12,311 nucleotides of DNA from Candidatus Caldarchaeales archaeon (lineage in GTDB: Archaea > Thermoproteota > Nitrososphaeria_A > Caldarchaeales > Calditenuaceae): assembly GCA_039630085.1 (NCBI GenBank), contig JBCNVM010000019.1:1-12311 (forward strand), in the 5' to 3' direction. Positions within the stretch are counted from its first letter, which is position 1. Each line of letters opens with the position of its first letter. Made by a program: the position numbers and the translations under genes. Below, one piece after another: positions 7,480 to 12,311 of this stretch. Under the pieces are notes generated by a model. That model was not told the origin of the DNA and did not search any database. It saw only the letters and a program-made list of their open reading frames with translations.

Positions 7480-9248
7480 TGGGGCTGGTCTCGAACATTA
7501 TGTCTGATCCGAAGAGGGCGACCGGGACGGCGCTCGTGGTCTACGCAGTAGCGATAGCGTTCTCGGCGATAGCTCTGGGGACCTTCATCGCGTCGCTGGT
7601 GATCGTGATAGGGTCACTGTTCGTCTACTTCGTCTTGGCGCTCAGCCTCAGGAGGGCAACGGTCGAAGCCTTCTACGTCGCCGAGAGGAAGATCCCTCCG
7701 GTGATCAACGGCGCCGCGACCGCAGCGGACTGGATGTCGGCCGCCTCCTACCTCTCGATGGCAGGAACGATTGCGCTCTTGGGATTCGACGCCTTGATCT
7801 ACATCATCGGCTGGACGCTGGGGTACACGCTGATGTCCTTCACCGTCGCGCCCTTCATCAGGAGGTCGGACACGTATACGGTGCCCGAGTTCATCGAGGC
7901 CAGGGCCGGGCGCTGGGGACCTGCGAGGGTCGTGGCCGTGATCATGCTCTTCATCATGAACCTGACCTACCTCACCGCGCAGCTGCAGGGAGTCGGCGTA
8001 GTCTTCGGGAGGTTCCTAGGGATACCTGCGGCCATCGGCGTCTTCGTCGGCGTCCTCGGAACGGTCCTCTACTCGTGGACGAGTGGATGGAGGAGCATTA
8101 CGTGGGTCCAGTTCCTGCAGTACATCTTCCTAATCACTATGTACTGGACGCCCGTGCTGATCGCCTCCTACTTCCTTGGACTCCTCAGGCCGCTGCCGCA
8201 CTTCACCTACGGCGAACTTGTGTCGACGCTCGAGGCGAAAGAGGTCGCGTACGGTCTGAGGCCCTGGACCGAGCCTTTCGCTAGGCCTCTGGCTGCTGGG
8301 ACCGGCCAGCTGAACTGGATCATGTCCGCTGTCCTCTTAATGCTCGGGACGATGGGGCTGCCCCACATACTGATACGGTATTACACCGTGCCGAGCATGA
8401 GGGACGCGAGGTACAGCGTCGGCTGGAGCCTAGTGTTCATCGGGCTGCTCTACGTGACCGCCTCGATCTACGCCGCGATCGCGAGGTACTCCTTCAGCCA
8501 GCTCTGGGGGATGCGGGTGAGTGACGCGATGCAGGTCGAGTGGGTCAAGAAGTGGCTCCCGACGGGGTTGATCACGATCAGGGACTCCAATAACGACGGC
8601 ATACTGCAGCCCGCCGAGCTGACCTTCCACGGAGACATCGTGGTCGTGGGCATGCCGGACATGTTCGGGATGATCTGGATAATCTCGCCCTTCGTCGCGA
8701 TGGGAGGGCTTGCAGCTGCGATCAGCACCGCCGACGGTCTACTCCTGGCCATGTCGACGGGCGTCACGAGGGACATCTACAAGCGTTTCATCAACCCCCA
8801 AGTCTCCGAGCGGAGCGAGGTCTGGCTCGCGAGGGTGATACTCTGGATCATCGGCGTTATAGCCGCAATCCTAGCTGCCCAGGCGGTGGCAGACCCGAGG
8901 TTCGCGATCTACGTGGCGCTGCTCGTCGCGTGGGCCTTCGTCTTCGCGGCCTCATCCTTAACGCCGATCATCATGCTGGGCATATTCTGGAAGAGACTGA
9001 ACAGGTATGGGATAGTCGCGGGGATGATCGCGGGCATGCTGACGGCCTTCCCGTACGTGTTGCTCGTCGGTGTCTTCAACTACCCACCCATCGAGATCGC
9101 CGGGCAGAAGATCGGGACGATCGCTTGGGGCATAATCGGGTTCTTCGCCAACCTGATAACCGCGGTGGTGGTCTCGTTGCTCACGAGGCCGGAAGGCGAG
9201 GAAGTGATGAGGTTCGTAGATAAATGTAGGACGCCCGAGATAAAGTAG
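7476..9248 (+). CDS. actP: Sodium/solute symporter, VC_2705/ActP-like cation:acetate (monocarboxylate) permease; start 7476 GTG or 7479 ATG
   Basis: FYVA..I....NGAATAADWMSAASY, IIGWTLGY, YTVPEF, GTMGLPHILIRYYTVP...ARYSVGWSL, GGLAAAISTADGLLL, LGIFWKR.N..G. Overlaps the stop of the small-subunit gene. Confidence 0.92.
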   Translation: MMGLVSNIMSDPKRATGTALVVYAVAIAFSAIALGTFIASLVIVIGSLFVYFVLALSLRRATVEAFYVAERKIPPVINGAATAADWMSAASYLSMAGTIALLGFDALIYIIGWTLGYTLMSFTVAPFIRRSDTYTVPEFIEARAGRWGPARVVAVIMLFIMNLTYLTAQLQGVGVVFGRFLGIPAAIGVFVGVLGTVLYSWTSGWRSITWVQFLQYIFLITMYWTPVLIASYFLGLLRPLPHFTYGELVSTLEAKEVAYGLRPWTEPFARPLAAGTGQLNWIMSAVLLMLGTMGLPHILIRYYTVPSMRDARYSVGWSLVFIGLLYVTASIYAAIARYSFSQLWGMRVSDAMQVEWVKKWLPTGLITIRDSNNDGILQPAELTFHGDIVVVGMPDMFGMIWIISPFVAMGGLAAAISTADGLLLAMSTGVTRDIYKRFINPQVSERSEVWLARVILWIIGVIAAILAAQAVADPRFAIYVALLVAWAFVFAASSLTPIIMLGIFWKRLNRYGIVAGMIAGMLTAFPYVLLVGVFNYPPIEIAGQKIGTIAWGIIGFFANLITAVVVSLLTRPEGEEVMRFVDKCRTPEIK

Positions 9249-9252
9249 CAAG

Positions 9253-10851
9253 ATGAGCGGCAGGACCAACAGCGACCTTCGGGATCTAATTCGGCAGTTC
9301 GACAGTTTTTTGAAGCATTTTCGGGACTCGGTCTCAATCGTCTACCTGCCTCCTAAGACGGAGGTGAAGCTGTCCGGAAGGGTCTACGTCTACAAGGGCG
9401 TCATCAAGTACAACGAGAACTTCTACGAGAGCGGCGAGAGCCTCGTGGTGAGGGGCGGGGTTGTCGCGGAAGAGGAGTCGATCCTCTTGGTAGACGAGCG
9501 GAATGCGGTCCTCCCGACCTCCTACAGGACAGAGAGTCCCATCGTCGATGTGATGAGGGGCGAGCCCGTCACCGTCCCCGAGGGCACAACGATCAGGGAG
9601 GCGGCGAGGGTAATGGCCGAAAGGTCGGTCTCTTCGGTCGTGATCGTCAGCGAGGACGGGTATCCGCTCGCGATCTTCACCGACACCGACCTGAGGAGGG
9701 CGGTCGCGAGGGGTGTCGACCTGAACCTGCCGGTGATGTACGTCTCGAGCAGGGAGCTCCTGACCGTGGAGGACACGACGTCGAGCCTCGAGGCCCTGAT
9801 CAAGATGACGATGTCTAACGTCAAGCACCTGATCGTGGTGGACCAAAGGGGGAGGCTGAAGGGAGTGGTCACGATGAGAGACATAGCCTACAGGATGGCC
9901 CCTATCCCCCTGCACACGATACGGGACCTGAAGAGGGTCAAGTCGGCCGACGAGCTGAAGCGCCACTTGAGGGAGGTCGGCGAGTGGGCCATGCGGGCCT
10001 CGCAGTCCGTGATGAACCCTGAGGCCCCTCACCCGCTCCACCTCACGAGGGCGATCAGCTACATCAACGACGAGATAATGAGGGTCGTGATAAACGAGGT
10101 CGAAAGGGAGCTCGGACACCCGCCCCACCCCTACTGCGTCGCGGTCACGGGTTCGCAGGGAGTATACGAGCAGTTCGTGGTCACGGACATGGACAACTTC
10201 ATCATCGCGGCCTACGACGACAGCTACTTCAGAGAGCTGGGGGCTGAGGTGGTGAGGAGGCTCCTGGAGCTGGGATACCCCGCTTGCAAGGACGGCAACA
10301 CGATGGACAGCCTCCAGTTCTCAGTCCACAGGCTCGGCGAGGCGATAGAGAGGTCGGGGGAGAGGGACGTCATACTGATGAACCTGATCTACGACGGCAG
10401 GGCGATCTACGGGCACCGGGAGCTGCTGGACAGGGCGAAGGAGGTGGTGCACAGGATCGCGTCGCAAAACAGGGCGAGGATCCTCTCGAACTCGCTCCGC
10501 TTCAAGCCGCCGCTCACGACCTTTGATCGGGTCAAGAAGTCGTTCAAGCCGAAGGAGGAGGCCCTCGCGTCCCTCTCCATGCCCGTCAGGGCGGTGGCGA
10601 TGGTCCTCGGGGTTCAGGGCGAGACGATACCCGAGAGGATAACCGCGCTCGCCGACAGGTGGGTGATAAGCAGGGAGCTGGAGGTTAAGCTAAGGGAGGC
10701 CTACGAGGTCCTCCTGAAGGTCAGCATCTGGACCAAGTCCCAGGGCAAGGGAGAGGTCCACGCCGACGAAGTCCCGCTCAAGGACGAGCTGAAGGCAGCC
10801 CTGAGGGCCGTGAAGACGCTCCACGACAAGCTCGAGAGGGAGCCAGTGTGA
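9253..10851 (+). CDS. CBS-pair + DUF294 (GlnD/GlnE-like) putative nucleotidyltransferase
   Basis: Tandem CBS domains (PVTVPEGTTIREAARVM..SSVVIV..IFTDTDL; EALIKM..VKHLIVVD..GVVTMRDI), NTase motif GSQG..EQ...TDMDN, LGYPAC..GNTM, YDGRAIYG and helical C-terminal T.ERI.AL. The N-terminus looks like a reduced cNMP-binding/cupin domain. Confidence 0.85.
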   Translation: MSGRTNSDLRDLIRQFDSFLKHFRDSVSIVYLPPKTEVKLSGRVYVYKGVIKYNENFYESGESLVVRGGVVAEEESILLVDERNAVLPTSYRTESPIVDVMRGEPVTVPEGTTIREAARVMAERSVSSVVIVSEDGYPLAIFTDTDLRRAVARGVDLNLPVMYVSSRELLTVEDTTSSLEALIKMTMSNVKHLIVVDQRGRLKGVVTMRDIAYRMAPIPLHTIRDLKRVKSADELKRHLREVGEWAMRASQSVMNPEAPHPLHLTRAISYINDEIMRVVINEVERELGHPPHPYCVAVTGSQGVYEQFVVTDMDNFIIAAYDDSYFRELGAEVVRRLLELGYPACKDGNTMDSLQFSVHRLGEAIERSGERDVILMNLIYDGRAIYGHRELLDRAKEVVHRIASQNRARILSNSLRFKPPLTTFDRVKKSFKPKEEALASLSMPVRAVAMVLGVQGETIPERITALADRWVISRELEVKLREAYEVLLKVSIWTKSQGKGEVHADEVPLKDELKAALRAVKTLHDKLEREPV

Positions 10852-11381
10852 CCCTGCTCGCGTTCGACGCCGAGTATACCAGCCCGAACCCGAAGGACGC
10901 GAAGCTGGTCGCGTTCGCGACCGTACCCATAGAGGACGACGTGATCAGGGTCTCGAAGTCGAAGTACGTCGTGGTCTCTCGGGGACTAGTGGGGGAGAGC
11001 GCTCGGATTCACGGGATAACGGGACAGGACGGCGTGGAGGAGCGGGAGGCCATCGAGGTCCTCTACGGGGAGGTCAACGGGCAGACGCTCGTGGTCTTCG
11101 GGAGGATAGACGTCAACTTCCTCAAGAGGACCTTCGGGAAGAAGCTCAGGGTCAATTACGTCGACGTCGCGTACGGATACCTCAGGTGGAGGGCTGTCCG
11201 GGATAACATCGAGTACGTTCTGATGAAAGAGGGGATGAACCTCACTGAGATCTGCAGGCGCCTCGGCCTCTGCGTCGGTGACTTCATCTTCCACAACTCG
11301 CTGGTGGACGCGATCCACACGGCTCTCCTCTACCTTAAGCTGCGCACCATGGGCGTGAGCTTCAAGTTGGAGAGGGTTTAG
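10848..11381 (+). CDS. DEDDh 3'-5' exonuclease (DnaQ-like)
   Basis: ExoI FDAEYT (D7, E9), IHGIT, ExoII RID (D88) and ExoIII HNSLVDA (H149, D154). GTGA overlap with the upstream gene. Confidence 0.88.
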   Translation: MTLLAFDAEYTSPNPKDAKLVAFATVPIEDDVIRVSKSKYVVVSRGLVGESARIHGITGQDGVEEREAIEVLYGEVNGQTLVVFGRIDVNFLKRTFGKKLRVNYVDVAYGYLRWRAVRDNIEYVLMKEGMNLTEICRRLGLCVGDFIFHNSLVDAIHTALLYLKLRTMGVSFKLERV

Positions 11382-11670
11382 GGGGCCACCTGAGCCTCGC
11401 GCTGGGCTTGAAGAGCGCCAACGTGACCAGCTTGAGGCTCTTGCCCGAGTAATCTAATGTGATCGAGATCCTCTTCTGGCCCTCCTCGTCGTAACAGAAC
11501 ATCCTTCTCCTTCCCAACAGCATCCTCCTCTCGTCGAAGCACTTGAGCTCCGGAGCGGCTACTCCCTTCGGCACCCTCACGAAGAGGTAATAGGCGTTCT
11601 CGTCCTCGTGCCAGCGGTACGTGCCCGTCGTCCCGAACACCCTCTCGAAGTACCTCACCAGGAACTCCAT
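11362..11670 (-). CDS. Hypothetical protein (about 102 aa from ATG 11670; up to 123 aa from 11733)
   Basis: Fills the gap between the exonuclease and the second acs, with host-like codon use (AGG, GAG, TTC). ATG 11733 abuts the TTTAAA box, so it is unlikely to be transcribed; ATG 11670 has AAGGGA upstream. No family recognised. Confidence 0.6.
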   Translation of the reverse strand: MEFLVRYFERVFGTTGTYRWHEDENAYYLFVRVPKGVAAPELKCFDERRMLLGRRRMFCYDEEGQKRISITLDYSGKSLKLVTLALFKPSARLRWPPKPSPT

Positions 11671-11733
11671 GGCTTCCCTTGTCGAGTGCGAGGAGCCCAA
11701 CGAACCGTCTGAGGTCGCGTGGCGTGAGCGCAT

Positions 11734-11750
11734 GTTTTAAACCTTATTAC
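11734..11750. promoter_or_regulatory. Compact divergent promoter region
   Basis: GTTTTAAACCTTATTAC: CTTATTA (+, 11743-11749) lies 24 nt before ATG 11774, and TTTAAA (-, 11741-11736) faces the orphan gene. Confidence 0.55.
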
Positions 11751-11773
11751 CAGCGCAGATCAATCTAATGCTG

Positions 11774-12311
11774 ATGAGCTACGAGGCTTTTCAGAGCGAG
11801 CCCCTGCCCTTCGAGGAGAGGATAGCCGTGAAAGGCTGGGAGAACAGGACGGTCGACGTGGAGACCTACAGGAGGTTCCATCAGCTGACGACGAAGGACT
11901 TCGAGAGGTTTTGGGAGGGCGTTGCGAGCGAGCTCGAGTGGTTCCGGAAGTGGGAGAGGGTCGTGGAGCCGGGCGAATACCCGAACGTCTACAGGTGGTT
12001 CCCGGGGTCGCTCCAGAACATCTCTTACCTCTGCCTTGACAGGCACGTCAGGACCTGGCGCAAGAACAAGCTCGCGATCGTGTGGGAGGGCGAACCGGTC
12101 GACGAGCGCGGCGAGCCTAAGGAGGTCAGGAAGCTCACCTACTACGACCTCTGGAGGCTGACCAACAGGATCGCGGAGGGCCTCAGGAGGGTCGGGGTCA
12201 AGAGGGGTTCGAGGGTCGCGATCTACATGCCCATGATACCGGAGCTCCCCGCGGTGATGTACGCCTGCGCGAGGCTCGGCGCGACCTTCACTGTGGTCTT
12301 CAGCGGCTTCA
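11774..12311 (+). CDS. acs: Acetyl-CoA synthetase (AMP-forming), 5' part, truncated by the window end; alternative start 11768
   Basis: Not in the ORF track. Manual translation: MSYEAFQSEPLPFEE..YRRFHQ..FWEGVASELEWFRKWERV..YRWFPG..NISYLCLDRHVRTWRKNKLAIVWEGEP..LTYYDL..GVKRGSRVAIYMPMIPELP..ACARLGATFTVVFSGF; open to the end. Confidence 0.94.
   Translation, partial: MSYEAFQSEPLPFEERIAVKGWENRTVDVETYRRFHQLTTKDFERFWEGVASELEWFRKWERVVEPGEYPNVYRWFPGSLQNISYLCLDRHVRTWRKNKLAIVWEGEPVDERGEPKEVRKLTYYDLWRLTNRIAEGLRRVGVKRGSRVAIYMPMIPELPAVMYACARLGATFTVVFSGF

Noticed and set aside
10848-11381. DNA polymerase III epsilon or an antiviral (CBASS-like) role for the NTase/nuclease pair
   Set aside because: The host is archaeal, the NTase is CBS/DUF294-type rather than CD-NTase, no effector gene is present, and the context is metabolic.
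439-12161. Numerous alternative-frame and antisense ORFs in the track (e.g. 1460-2128, 2182-2868, 4123-4755, 5396-6046, 9334-10128, 11765-12046, 11922-12161)
   Set aside because: They are shadows of well-supported genes in GC-rich DNA, with Arg/Pro/Gly-rich or antisense-type composition and no motifs.
1-12311. CRISPR arrays, transposases, rRNA
   Set aside because: No regularly spaced repeats or relevant motifs were seen.

Overview
GC-rich archaeal DNA: BRE/TATA boxes about 25 nt upstream of mostly leaderless starts, and AGG/ATA codon use. A thermophilic TACK archaeon such as Aigarchaeota is an inference only. The window is a short-chain carboxylate uptake, activation and respiration neighbourhood. 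In order: CuA-type oxidase subunit II; fused oxidase subunit I+III; an acyl-CoA synthetase with PrpE-like pocket residues; a minus-strand ArsB/NhaD (SLC13-like) permease; an operon of DUF4212 small subunit, VC_2705/ActP-type symporter, CBS+DUF294 nucleotidyltransferase and DEDDh exonuclease; an orphan ORF; and the 5' part of a second, canonical acetyl-CoA synthetase. Main oddities: (1) the oxidase keeps the A1 motif, D-channel and all metal ligands but has lost every K-channel residue and the Mg site, and has a new Asp in helix VIII; (2) the coupled nucleotidyltransferase/exonuclease pair looks like an uncharacterised writer/eraser module; (3) the DUF4212 gene, which the ORF track truncates, has an in-frame TAG at a probable Trp position; (4) a 39-codon uORF or structured leader precedes the permease.
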